DNA of 55,870 bases from a virus. Taxonomy: Duplodnaviria; Heunggongvirae; Uroviricota; Caudoviricetes. A program made the position numbers and the translations under genes. Position 1 is the first letter of the stretch; every line of letters starts with the position of its first letter. Shown in pieces: positions 24,060 through 33,737 of the stretch. The stretch is taken from positions 1 to 55,870 of the IMG/VR virus record IMGVR_UViG_3300011399_000002, one strand, 5' to 3'. The notes under the pieces are model-generated. The model was given only the letters and a program-made list of their open reading frames with translations. It did no database searches and was not told where the DNA came from.

Positions 24060-24983
24060 TTGGCTTCTAAATTCCTGATTAGCGTAGATGCCATAGGTGA
24101 AGAGGCTTTCATTGACTCCCTTAACTTAGCCAAGGCTGATGTTAAGCGCGCTGTCATTAGAGCAGCAGAAAGAACAAAATCACTTGTACATGAATCCTTC
24201 TTACTACTCCTACAGAACGCTATGAATAAAGCAGGAATAGAGGCATTCCCCATACCTTATAGAATACACCTTCTAACTGTGGCTGGAACAATATTCCCAT
24301 CTGTAGGTTTACACTACTATGGATATGATCTGGCATATGATCTATCTAGGTTAGGTGACTATAATGATCTAGCCCAAGGCTTCCACTATCATGCGCAATT
24401 AAGACGCGGAGGACAAGTTGAATTACCTTGGACTTCTAGAAGTTTTGACTCTTCCCTAAAGAACCCATTTGATGTTCGTTACGATTACTGGTGGGCTCTA
24501 CGAAACGGTATTCAAGTTAATGGAAAGCAGATAACGGGTAATGAATGGAGTGAAACTCTTAACGCTAGAATTGCTGTGTGGGGAGACAAAGCCCCTGAAT
24601 GGTTACTCCTACAGTACGGACAGAGGGATGAACCAAGTAACGAACCCTATCCTATCATCGAGGTTCTACAAAGAAATACAAAGAAGATAGGGACAGGTAT
24701 ATTAGCCCAAGAGTTATACAATAGTTATCAAAACCTATTTGGAAGACGGGCTAACCTAGGTGCAGACAGGTTAGGTGAACACGCTATCTTTAATGAAGCA
24801 GCCTCATCAGATAACCTATCAGCTAAGGGAGTAGGCTTGGGAAGATGGTACTCTCAATATATGTTAGCCTCCATCAGAGGAGATGTTAGCGGATTTGAAA
24901 CCTTCATGAATGAAATGAGGGGTCTAGAAAATGTAGAATACTCTGTACTAGAGGAACTATTTAAGAGAGGTTTGAAAGAATGA
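24060..24983 (+). CDS. Neck/tail-completion region protein
   Basis: 307-aa TTG-start ORF in the head-tail joining block; function inferred from position only. Confidence 0.45.
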   Translation: MASKFLISVDAIGEEAFIDSLNLAKADVKRAVIRAAERTKSLVHESFLLLLQNAMNKAGIEAFPIPYRIHLLTVAGTIFPSVGLHYYGYDLAYDLSRLGDYNDLAQGFHYHAQLRRGGQVELPWTSRSFDSSLKNPFDVRYDYWWALRNGIQVNGKQITGNEWSETLNARIAVWGDKAPEWLLLQYGQRDEPSNEPYPIIEVLQRNTKKIGTGILAQELYNSYQNLFGRRANLGADRLGEHAIFNEAASSDNLSAKGVGLGRWYSQYMLASIRGDVSGFETFMNEMRGLENVEYSVLEELFKRGLKE

Positions 24984-25447
24984 CAGCAGCGAAGCAAGAC
25001 CTTGAAATTAATGCGATTATAGCCGCATTAAATACACATCTGCAAAGCACTGGCTGGGGAACCTTTACCTTTAATCACGGGTTTGATGTTAATACTCAGA
25101 TCAGTGCCCCAACTATGGGGCTACATTTCCTACCCAACGGACCTGAACCTCTACAGATGGGGGATACCAATCAAAAATACTACAGACGTGTACTACAAAT
25201 AGATTCGTACATGGACACAAGGGGACGAGCGATAGCCCTTAATGACGAGTTAATGGACTACCTTGATTTAATGGCAGTTTCAATAGCAGACCCACTTAAC
25301 GGGAATGCTATCGTGGGTAGTATTGCATGTTATGATACTGACTCTATATATAGCGAGATTGCGCCCCCGAATTTAAATAATCCGAAGGTTATACGATGGA
25401 GAGCCATCACTAGGGCAACCTTAGATTCTTTTTATCCTAATGATTAA
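24980..25447 (+). CDS. Probable tail terminator
   Basis: 155 aa, directly upstream of the major tail gene; RRVLQIDSY pattern. Confidence 0.55.
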   Translation: MTAAKQDLEINAIIAALNTHLQSTGWGTFTFNHGFDVNTQISAPTMGLHFLPNGPEPLQMGDTNQKYYRRVLQIDSYMDTRGRAIALNDELMDYLDLMAVSIADPLNGNAIVGSIACYDTDSIYSEIAPPNLNNPKVIRWRAITRATLDSFYPND

Positions 25448-25539
25448 GTTATGGGCCGTAACATATAAATAAGGGCGGCAATTGGAAAGGAACGGAAATT
25501 ATGAGCGAATGATAATTCCACTAAAGGAGGAATATATAC

Positions 25540-26745
25540 ATGGCACGAAGAGCTAGAGTACACTCTAGAGATTTGCAACCACAAATTGCAACACCAAAGG
25601 GACTATTCGCTGCTGCCCGAGTTCAAAGATTTGACTGGCCTATGAATATCCCAACAGAGTATGTTGATGAAATTGGAAGAAGATTACACGTAGGTTCAAC
25701 AAGAGAAATTCCAGAAGTCACAGTATCAATGGAAGCTTTCGATGTTAGCCACAATACTTATTCATATCTAACAGGATACACACCGGGAACATTCCCACTA
25801 TCAGGTGCATCAGTTACAGAGTTTAAGAATGTAGACGTTATCGGACAGATTAGAGATGCTTCAACACAGAACATCGTTAACGCACTATATGTGCGAAGAG
25901 GGATTGTTACTGGCATGGACGCATCGTTTGATGTAAGAAGCACTTCAACAGTTTCATACACAGTAACTTCAAACCAGAAGAAGGAATTTAGACAGCCGGT
26001 TTACTACCAGCAGATCACATTGACTACAACTGGTTTGGGTATTGCACTAACACAGACACCAACCTACCTAACTAGAACATCAGGATATATCATTGATGCG
26101 TTTAGAACAGGTTCAGATGGTACAGCAGGATTCCTTGATGAAAGCCTAATCGCTTATCAGGGAGACTTCAACGTAACAGGTGGTACAATTAACTTCCGTG
26201 GCACAAACGTAGCCGCAGGAGATACAATTTGGGTTACTTACTGCGCACCAGTAACAACAAAGAAATTCGAAGGACTAGATGACATTGCTCCTGCCGCAAT
26301 TCAGGGCAAGTATGTTCCACTCTCAATCTCAGTGAACTCAATTCCTAGAGTACAGAGCGCAACAATACGAGCAGCATTCCAGTCAGAATCAATTGTAGAA
26401 ATGGGTGGACTAGGTAAGCCAGTTGGAGTAGAAATCGGCATCCCTGACGTAACAGGAGACATTACTGTTCTAAAGACAGACAATGATCTACTTGCGATTT
26501 TGGAAAATGTTTCTAACACAACAGTTGAAAATGATGTAGAGTATGCTGTAACAACACTACCTCTAAAGGTTGAATTGAAGAACCCAGCAAATCCATCACA
26601 GACATTGCTTACATACTACGTACCAAGTATTACTGTCAACTCAGAGGGCGACTCATCTTCTGTTAACGCTAGCATGGAAGAAACCTTCTCATGGACAAGC
26701 ACAACAGGTGAATTGTTCGTACTATCTGGTGGCGGCGTATACTAA
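25540..26745 (+). CDS. Major tail (tube) protein with an inserted beta domain
   Basis: 401 aa, SD AAGGAGG, followed by a terminator and the chaperone pair. Confidence 0.75.
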   Translation: MARRARVHSRDLQPQIATPKGLFAAARVQRFDWPMNIPTEYVDEIGRRLHVGSTREIPEVTVSMEAFDVSHNTYSYLTGYTPGTFPLSGASVTEFKNVDVIGQIRDASTQNIVNALYVRRGIVTGMDASFDVRSTSTVSYTVTSNQKKEFRQPVYYQQITLTTTGLGIALTQTPTYLTRTSGYIIDAFRTGSDGTAGFLDESLIAYQGDFNVTGGTINFRGTNVAAGDTIWVTYCAPVTTKKFEGLDDIAPAAIQGKYVPLSISVNSIPRVQSATIRAAFQSESIVEMGGLGKPVGVEIGIPDVTGDITVLKTDNDLLAILENVSNTTVENDVEYAVTTLPLKVELKNPANPSQTLLTYYVPSITVNSEGDSSSVNASMEETFSWTSTTGELFVLSGGGVY

Positions 26746-26792
26746 ACTAAACAAACAGAACAGTTAGGAATGTAACCGTTAGGTTATATCAA

Positions 26793-26830
26793 AGGGGAGT
26801 CTATCATTTCGGTAGACTCCCCTATTTTTT
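26793..26830 (+). terminator. Intrinsic terminator after the major tail gene
   Basis: AGGGGAGTCTA...TAGACTCCCCT followed by ATTTTTT. Confidence 0.85.
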
Positions 26831-26851
26831 ATTTACAGGAGAGGATAAGGA

Positions 26852-27583
26852 ATGGGTAAGTTAACTAACCTTCTAAAGTATAAGAAGGAAATTATCGTTA
26901 GAGATGAGAAAGGGTCAATTGCACGCGACGAGGAAGGTAAACCTGTTATGGTTTATATGCGCGTGATAGGTGACAAGGACTTAGAGGAAGCGCAAACAAC
27001 TGGGCGCATAGCATCTGCTCAGAGAAGAGCAGCACTCTTTGATACTGAGTCACAGGATCATTTGATTAATGTTAAAATTTTCAATGATGCTGGACCAGAA
27101 GAATGCAGGGCAACAATTGTACAGGCTAGTGCTACAGGTTGGTCTAGTGAAGCCTATGTCGTTGTTGAGTTACCTGAGTTACCTAGAATTGAAGAGATTG
27201 CTAAGGACCCTGATGCTCCTACATTGGAGGAATTAGAAAAGTTAGACAAGGCTATATCTGATGTTAATCTAGACTATAAGGAAAAGGTAACAGAGTATAT
27301 CCAGACTAGATTAACTGAGTTACAAACTGAGCTAGAGGATAAGCCTGTAGAGGAATTAAGAGAACGAGCAAAGACAGGAATAATAATCTTGCTGTCTATC
27401 GAAACCTACTTAAACGTAGTACGTGATGAAAAGGTTTGGCGTTCAGTCTACCAAGACTCCTCATACTCTTTGAAGGAATTTTCAAGCATAGAAGAGTTTA
27501 ATAATCTGCACATTAAACTAAAGGACCAGTTAAGGGATGAATACGAAAACCTAGAGGCAGGTCTAGATAACGTAAAAAACTAG
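26852..27583 (+). CDS. Tail assembly chaperone (gpG-like)
   Basis: 243-aa acidic helical protein between the tube and tape measure genes; ends at a slippery site. Confidence 0.75.
   Translation: MGKLTNLLKYKKEIIVRDEKGSIARDEEGKPVMVYMRVIGDKDLEEAQTTGRIASAQRRAALFDTESQDHLINVKIFNDAGPEECRATIVQASATGWSSEAYVVVELPELPRIEEIAKDPDAPTLEELEKLDKAISDVNLDYKEKVTEYIQTRLTELQTELEDKPVEELRERAKTGIIILLSIETYLNVVRDEKVWRSVYQDSSYSLKEFSSIEEFNNLHIKLKDQLRDEYENLEAGLDNVKN
27574..27580 (+). other. Programmed -1 ribosomal frameshift site A AAA AAC
   Basis: X XXY YYZ heptamer just before the TAG; the -1 frame (KLAEGNAWGVALSMSK...) is open through to 27870. Confidence 0.85.
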
Positions 27584-27870
27584 CAGAGGGCAACGCATGG
27601 GGAGTAGCCTTGTCAATGTCTAAGGCTCTTGGGATTCCGCTAGTCGAGGGATTGACTACGGCAGATAACATGCCCCATCCAATATCGTTTGCTGTTATGT
27701 ACAGAGAACGTATTGACTCATTTAGAGAGTTGCCCAAGGATAAAAGGCCACCTAGAAATCTATGGAATAAACCATATAGATTGGAGCAGTGGTTTGATGA
27801 AGTATTTGATAGAAAAGATAATACCACTAAGAACGAATTTGTTGAATTTGACGATTCCGAAGTCGAGTAA
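27580..27870 (+). CDS. Tail assembly chaperone gpT portion (frameshift extension, gpGT)
   Basis: In frame with track ORF 27610-27870 and has no SD of its own. Confidence 0.75.
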   Translation, partial: LAEGNAWGVALSMSKALGIPLVEGLTTADNMPHPISFAVMYRERIDSFRELPKDKRPPRNLWNKPYRLEQWFDEVFDRKDNTTKNEFVEFDDSEVE

Positions 27871-27887
27871 AGGAGGTGGCAAAGTAA

Positions 27888-30800
27888 TTGGCTGATATAG
27901 TTATCAGGTTTACAGGAGATGCATCTGGATTAGCGTCCTTCTACCAGAGCGTAGGTGCACAGACTGATGCCTTTGTTAATAAGATACAGAAGACCTACCA
28001 AGGGCAATTTAGAGATGTTCTAGGACTTAAAACAACAAGACTACCTATTATTGATCCTGCTACAAATAAGCAGATGCGTGACGTATTTGGTAGCAAGATG
28101 TTCAAAACAACAGGATCAGACATTAGAAACATCTCTGTTGAGATGGATCGTCTTAATGATGTTATTAAAGTCACAGGTGAAACAGGCTTTAGATTAGCCA
28201 ACGGGTCATTCTTTCCTGTCGGTACGACTAGCATTGTCCGTGGTAGCGTTACGGAGTTAGAAAAAGCGCGCAAGGTAATCGGACAAATTCTAACACAAAG
28301 GGACCTACTACAGGCTAGATACGGAAACGCTAAAGAGATTCTTGGCGCACAAAGAATTGCAGGACTAGCAGCAGCAGGACCCGCACAAGTAGCAAAAGAT
28401 GCAGCAGAGGCAAGACGGAATCAAACACGCGCAGATAGAGATGCTTTAACGCAGGAAATTAGGGATAGACAAAGACTACGAAGACCCGGTGGAACATACG
28501 CAGGGTTACGTGGAGTAGCAGCTTCTTCTTATGATGCACTAACAAATAGAAGGATAACTGAAAGAAACGGTCTAACTGCACGTCTAGCAAGGGAAACTTC
28601 TGCGCTAGCAGCAGCACAAGCACGCTATAATGCCATGCTTGCTGATCCTAGAATTGCTCAATATCCTGCTAAACTAGCAGCAATTGAGGCTAGACAGGCT
28701 AGAGAGTTAAACAGATTACGAGGCGGATTAAATACTGCCCGTGCAGCAGAAGCGGCTGTTCTCTCTGATACAAATGTAGGTCTACCAGTCGGTTACAAGC
28801 AGATACCTCCACAGCTTTTAAGACAGTTAAAAAAGGGCGGTCTTGGTGCAGGTCCAGCGGGTATTGGTGAGAATCTTGTCAATCAAAATGCTGAGTTTAA
28901 CAGAGCCGTATATGATATGGAACGTGGCCTAATTAGATTAGGTGGTTCTTATGATCAGGTAATCAAGACTAAGTATGGCGATATTACTGCAACTAAGCAA
29001 TGGAATGCCACAGTAGATGAACAGGGTCGAGTGGTTCAAACCTCAACTAGAAACTTACGAGGACTTAGCAGACTAACCCAACAAATTTCTAAGGACTTCC
29101 AGAAAGTTATCGAATGGACAGTTGCTACAACTGTAGTATTCGGTGCCCTAGCAGCCGCAGGACAAGGACTGCAAATTATCAAGGAAATGGATGCTGACTT
29201 AGCCAGACTATCTCTTACTGCTAATACAACAAGTGAACAAACAAAAGTTCTTTACGAGGGCTTAGTAAATGTTGCAAATATTACTGCTACTCCTCTTGAA
29301 GAGTTAGTAAAGGCAGCGGACGACTTGGCTCTTGCCGTAAGACGACCGGGCCAAACAGCACAGCAACTAACTAGTGAAATCACAACCTTGGCAGAGGCAG
29401 TTGGTATCTATACTAACTTGACTGGTGAGGATACAGTAGCAGCAACAGATGAATTAGTTGCTGTTATGAAGCAGTTAGGTTATACTGCTACAGAAGTTTA
29501 TGGTATTTTGAACAAAGTAACTGCCGCCGCTGGTGGACAGTCAGGAACAATTTCTGACATTACAAGAGCCCTATCAGTTATGGCAGAGGCAGGAGAACAG
29601 GCTAACCTAACAGTTGATCAACAGATCGGTGTTATCAAGACACTATCACAGGTTACTTCAAAGTCTCCTGCGGAAATTGCCACAGCATTCAAGAACCTAG
29701 TTGGAGCATTGGAAAACCCAGCCGCTCTAAAGGCTCTAAAGAGTTATAATATTGGCCTTATTAAAGAAGGTAACAGTATTATTGATATCTATACTCAGAT
29801 TGCAGAGAAGATTAGAACAGGTGCCATTGCTCCTAATGATGTATCTGGATTACTACGAGCAATCTCAGGTGGACCAAGACGAGCCCCTGATGCAGCGGCT
29901 TTGCTTGCTAATATCAACACAGTATTAAAGGAAACAGAGGTTTCAGCAAACGCTACAAACGAAGCATTCGTTGCTAACGCTGCCGTTCTTGATACATTAA
30001 ATGCTAAGATGGTTCAATTCCAGAACGTTCTAAAGGATAAAATCTTTGTAACGTTTGGAGATATCTTTAAGCAAGCAGTAGAAACCTTGCTTCCGCTTAT
30101 AACGCAACTCTTGGATAAATTCAGTGGTATTAATCCTCAAATTCTTATTGTCCTAGGGGGCCTTGTTCTTCTAAGAGCAGCACTAGGGTTAACTTTAAGA
30201 GCCCTACGTTCTATCGGTATACCCGGTATGTTTACTGGTGCAATCACAGGAGCATCAACACTAAAGAAGGAATTACTAGGTGTTGCAGCAGCAGCACAAT
30301 TAGTAGCCCAAGCAACAAAGGCAGGTGGAATAGGAGCAGGTATTAAGGGCGGTCTTGCTCTAACTAACAGGGGTTCTATTGGTGCAGGTTTAGTTGGTGC
30401 TGGTGTTGGTGCTGCATTAGGTGCAGCAGGTGGAGGAGGACTATCACAAATTGCAGGTGGTGGTCTACAAGGATTAGGTTTAGCACTTCTAACATTACCT
30501 GAACCTACAATGCTTACGAAGATTGCTGGCGGTATTGCACTTATTGGTGGAACATTCCTAAGTCTACAGCAAGAGGCTGGACCAACAGCGGAAGAACTAG
30601 ATGCTAACGCTCAGGCAATTTTAAATGTGCATGAGTCAGCAATAACAGCAGGAAAATCCCTATCTGATTTAGCAACAACACAAAGAGATGTAAAAGAGCA
30701 AATAGCGGCTCTTGAAAAGGCGACAGAGAAAGACCCTGAACAACAGGCTCTTCTCAACGATCTTTACTCACAGTATGCGTCTAATATCCTAGCGTCCACA

Positions 30801-32939
30801 GATGCTCAGGTTCAACTTAATAACGCTGTTTCGGAGTTTACCACTTTAACAGCAGATTTACCGGGAGCAGAAGACTTTGGTGAAAGACTAAGAGCCGCAG
30901 CTACAGGTGGAGCAAATAGTGAAGAGGTAACTAGATTAATCCAGCAGCTACAACAAGATAGATTATCAAGCATATTCCCCGGAGTTGATTTTACTAAGGG
31001 TACACCAGCAGTCCCTATTGGAACTAGTAGTGTGCCATTTGGTGTAGTACCGGGATTAGCTGCAACAGCAGCTAAGCCGGGGGTCTTACAACCTACTGGT
31101 ATCTATGCAGGAGCAAGGGAATCTAAACTTGTTGATCTTGATACTCTTGATGATAAGGGTCTAAAGAGTTTATTCTCAGGAGATTTGGGTGGAGGAGCAA
31201 GAGAGTTTAACGCCACCCTTGCAATAACAAGAACTAACATTGACGCTATTCAAACAGCAATTAATAATCTTCCCGAAGGGGAACGTGGTCCATTCCAGCA
31301 AGCCTTTGATATATTCAAGAGTAATGAAGTTAATGACAATATTGTCAAAGCATCTTACGCTTTAGATTTATATAAGAGTTCATTTGAAAGTTTAACAGGA
31401 GTTCTTCCTGCTGACGTATCAAGTCAAGCGGCTGGATTACTAGAAACATGGACTAAGATCAATGCACTTGGACCGGGAAAGACGGCTGAGTCCGCAGAAA
31501 TATTCGCAACTAATATTGAGTCTATACAGGAGGCTTTAAGACGCCTATTTGACACTAGACAAGTAATTCCAGTTGGTGGGGCACAGGAATTAGCAGAAGC
31601 GTTTGTTGCTTCGCTTGATCCAATGAATGAGTTAGTAAAGGGATCAGAAGAATACAATGAGTTTGTTGCTCTGATAATGGAGGGCATCTTCGGATGGAGT
31701 CCTGCGATTGATCAAGCAACAGAGGCTATGACAGGTTTAAGTGATAAGGCAAAGGAAACGATAGCCTCTATTAGAGAAACTACGGATGGACTTCTAACTG
31801 ATGTTGCTTCTAAATCCCAAGAAGCCTTTAGTCAACTATTAAGTGGAGATATATCTGCTAAGAAGTATGCAAAACTTACAGGCGGATTAAAAGAAACAGC
31901 ACAAGCAATTAGAGAGGTAAGACGTTCTTCGATAGAAGCTGCTAAGGCTCTAGACGGCGATTTGGAACCTTCTATGGAGGGTGTAAAGAAGCAATTAAGT
32001 AAGATTCCGGGTCTTGAAGACGCTATGTCACTAAGCACAGTCCAGTTAATTCAGCGCATGTTTGAACTTGCCGATGCCTACGGTGTAAACGCAGCGGGCA
32101 TCGATATGCTGGGCGGTAAGATGAATAAACTCTTTAAGGCTATTAGAACCATTGCAGGTATTGAAGCAAAATTCCAGATTACGGGCATAGTTGATCTTAG
32201 AAATGCTATCGCAGGATTAAAAGCGATGAAGGCTGCTATGATTGCTGCGGGGCTTAATCAAGGGTTTAACAGTATTCAGATAGCAAGAATTCAGGGCGCT
32301 ATTGATTCAATGGAAGCAGCAACAGGACGATACACAAGGGCACAAAATACCCTAAAGGGCTTTGGTAAGTCAACAAGAGATATCTATAGTAGTGGTAATG
32401 GGGGCGGAAGCGGTGGAAGTGGTGGAAGTGGAAGCGGAGGATCAGGAAGTTCAGGACCCGGAAAAGATGTGTCCGAATTAGACCTACCAGAAGAAATTGC
32501 TGATGCTCCTAACAGAAGCGCACTCATTAGAGAAGCGATCAGACGTGCTAGAGCATTGCAGAGAAAGATTCCGGGCGCATCAAAGGAAGGAAGAAACGAT
32601 ATAGTAGAATTACTAAAGGGAACACAAAGAATCCTAGAGGTTCGTGGTGTCAAGGATGATCTACTAAGAAGGGCGCTGGAAGAACTAGCAGAAATTGAAA
32701 AGAAGAGATTGGAGCAGGAACAAAAGGCAGATACCATTAGAAGAATTAGAGTAGGTAACGGAGACTTTGCAGCAATTGCAAACGTTCCTGTCAACTCTAG
32801 AACGGGTATCTCTCTTGGTGGTCCAGAGGGTCCAATCAACATTACGCTTAACCTAAATGGTACGGTGCTATCACCGGCTCAATTCCAGCAATTCGCTGAT
32901 CAAATTGCCGCAGCACTAAAGAGACAAATATCTAAATAA
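27888..32939 (+). CDS. Tape measure protein
   Basis: 1683 aa, Ala/Gly/Leu-rich helical, TP901-like core, hydrophobic glycine-zipper stretch; follows gpG/gpGT. Confidence 0.9.
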   Translation: MADIVIRFTGDASGLASFYQSVGAQTDAFVNKIQKTYQGQFRDVLGLKTTRLPIIDPATNKQMRDVFGSKMFKTTGSDIRNISVEMDRLNDVIKVTGETGFRLANGSFFPVGTTSIVRGSVTELEKARKVIGQILTQRDLLQARYGNAKEILGAQRIAGLAAAGPAQVAKDAAEARRNQTRADRDALTQEIRDRQRLRRPGGTYAGLRGVAASSYDALTNRRITERNGLTARLARETSALAAAQARYNAMLADPRIAQYPAKLAAIEARQARELNRLRGGLNTARAAEAAVLSDTNVGLPVGYKQIPPQLLRQLKKGGLGAGPAGIGENLVNQNAEFNRAVYDMERGLIRLGGSYDQVIKTKYGDITATKQWNATVDEQGRVVQTSTRNLRGLSRLTQQISKDFQKVIEWTVATTVVFGALAAAGQGLQIIKEMDADLARLSLTANTTSEQTKVLYEGLVNVANITATPLEELVKAADDLALAVRRPGQTAQQLTSEITTLAEAVGIYTNLTGEDTVAATDELVAVMKQLGYTATEVYGILNKVTAAAGGQSGTISDITRALSVMAEAGEQANLTVDQQIGVIKTLSQVTSKSPAEIATAFKNLVGALENPAALKALKSYNIGLIKEGNSIIDIYTQIAEKIRTGAIAPNDVSGLLRAISGGPRRAPDAAALLANINTVLKETEVSANATNEAFVANAAVLDTLNAKMVQFQNVLKDKIFVTFGDIFKQAVETLLPLITQLLDKFSGINPQILIVLGGLVLLRAALGLTLRALRSIGIPGMFTGAITGASTLKKELLGVAAAAQLVAQATKAGGIGAGIKGGLALTNRGSIGAGLVGAGVGAALGAAGGGGLSQIAGGGLQGLGLALLTLPEPTMLTKIAGGIALIGGTFLSLQQEAGPTAEELDANAQAILNVHESAITAGKSLSDLATTQRDVKEQIAALEKATEKDPEQQALLNDLYSQYASNILASTDAQVQLNNAVSEFTTLTADLPGAEDFGERLRAAATGGANSEEVTRLIQQLQQDRLSSIFPGVDFTKGTPAVPIGTSSVPFGVVPGLAATAAKPGVLQPTGIYAGARESKLVDLDTLDDKGLKSLFSGDLGGGAREFNATLAITRTNIDAIQTAINNLPEGERGPFQQAFDIFKSNEVNDNIVKASYALDLYKSSFESLTGVLPADVSSQAAGLLETWTKINALGPGKTAESAEIFATNIESIQEALRRLFDTRQVIPVGGAQELAEAFVASLDPMNELVKGSEEYNEFVALIMEGIFGWSPAIDQATEAMTGLSDKAKETIASIRETTDGLLTDVASKSQEAFSQLLSGDISAKKYAKLTGGLKETAQAIREVRRSSIEAAKALDGDLEPSMEGVKKQLSKIPGLEDAMSLSTVQLIQRMFELADAYGVNAAGIDMLGGKMNKLFKAIRTIAGIEAKFQITGIVDLRNAIAGLKAMKAAMIAAGLNQGFNSIQIARIQGAIDSMEAATGRYTRAQNTLKGFGKSTRDIYSSGNGGGSGGSGGSGSGGSGSSGPGKDVSELDLPEEIADAPNRSALIREAIRRARALQRKIPGASKEGRNDIVELLKGTQRILEVRGVKDDLLRRALEELAEIEKKRLEQEQKADTIRRIRVGNGDFAAIANVPVNSRTGISLGGPEGPINITLNLNGTVLSPAQFQQFADQIAAALKRQISK

Positions 32940-32953
32940 GGGGGTCGAAATAG

Positions 32954-33724
32954 ATGGGCCTAGGTCCAACACAGTCATATCTGGCAAAATTTAACGATCA
33001 TACGTTACCCGGATATGTTCAAGATGAATCATTTGATTCGGTCCAGCGTATTGCTGATCACTATGCAGCATACGCTGATGGGTCTAACTCAGAATATTTG
33101 GGCCTCCAAAACAAAGCACTTCAATTAACCTTGAAGGTGTGGGAGCAAGACTATTTCACTTGTAAAGAACAGATACAGCAAGCAGCTACGATGTTACGAA
33201 GCAAGAGGAATGGCTTTGCTCCCCTTTATGTCCAGTATGATGATAGATATTATGAGGCTCTTGTTGGTCCCATAAGGGTACAAAAAACCGCAGGAGATAA
33301 TGTACATACACTAGAGTACCAAGTAGACTTTGAATGCAAGCCTTGGCTAGTATCAGAGACTTCTTATACTGTAAGTGGAAACGCATTAAATGGAGCGCGA
33401 GTTACGTTCAGCACCACAGGTAGAACAATTGATGACGGTGGCTGGACGTATGCTACTGTACTGATTAGTGGACGAGCAGCAACACTATCAGGTTACATTG
33501 CTAACGGGGATCAAGCGGGCTTTATAAGCGTGTCAGGAACCATTGCAAACCTGACAATAGATAGTGAAGCATTCACAGCAACAACAAGTGCTGGAACAGT
33601 GAATAGAAATGATTACATGCGCACATCAGACTACCGTATGTGGGTAGGTCCAGAAGAAACTTACTTTACAGTATCGGGCGCACAATTATGTGAGATAACA
33701 TACCACAATAGATGGTATATTTAA
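32954..33724 (+). CDS. Distal tail protein (Dit-like)
   Basis: 256 aa immediately after the TMP; EYQVDFECKPW motif. Confidence 0.7.
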   Translation: MGLGPTQSYLAKFNDHTLPGYVQDESFDSVQRIADHYAAYADGSNSEYLGLQNKALQLTLKVWEQDYFTCKEQIQQAATMLRSKRNGFAPLYVQYDDRYYEALVGPIRVQKTAGDNVHTLEYQVDFECKPWLVSETSYTVSGNALNGARVTFSTTGRTIDDGGWTYATVLISGRAATLSGYIANGDQAGFISVSGTIANLTIDSEAFTATTSAGTVNRNDYMRTSDYRMWVGPEETYFTVSGAQLCEITYHNRWYI

Positions 33725-33737
33725 GGGGTGAGTAATA

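Noticed and set aside
32390-32460. Gly/Ser run in the tape measure protein as a special repeat element
   Set aside because: It reads as an ordinary flexible linker before the C-terminal domain.
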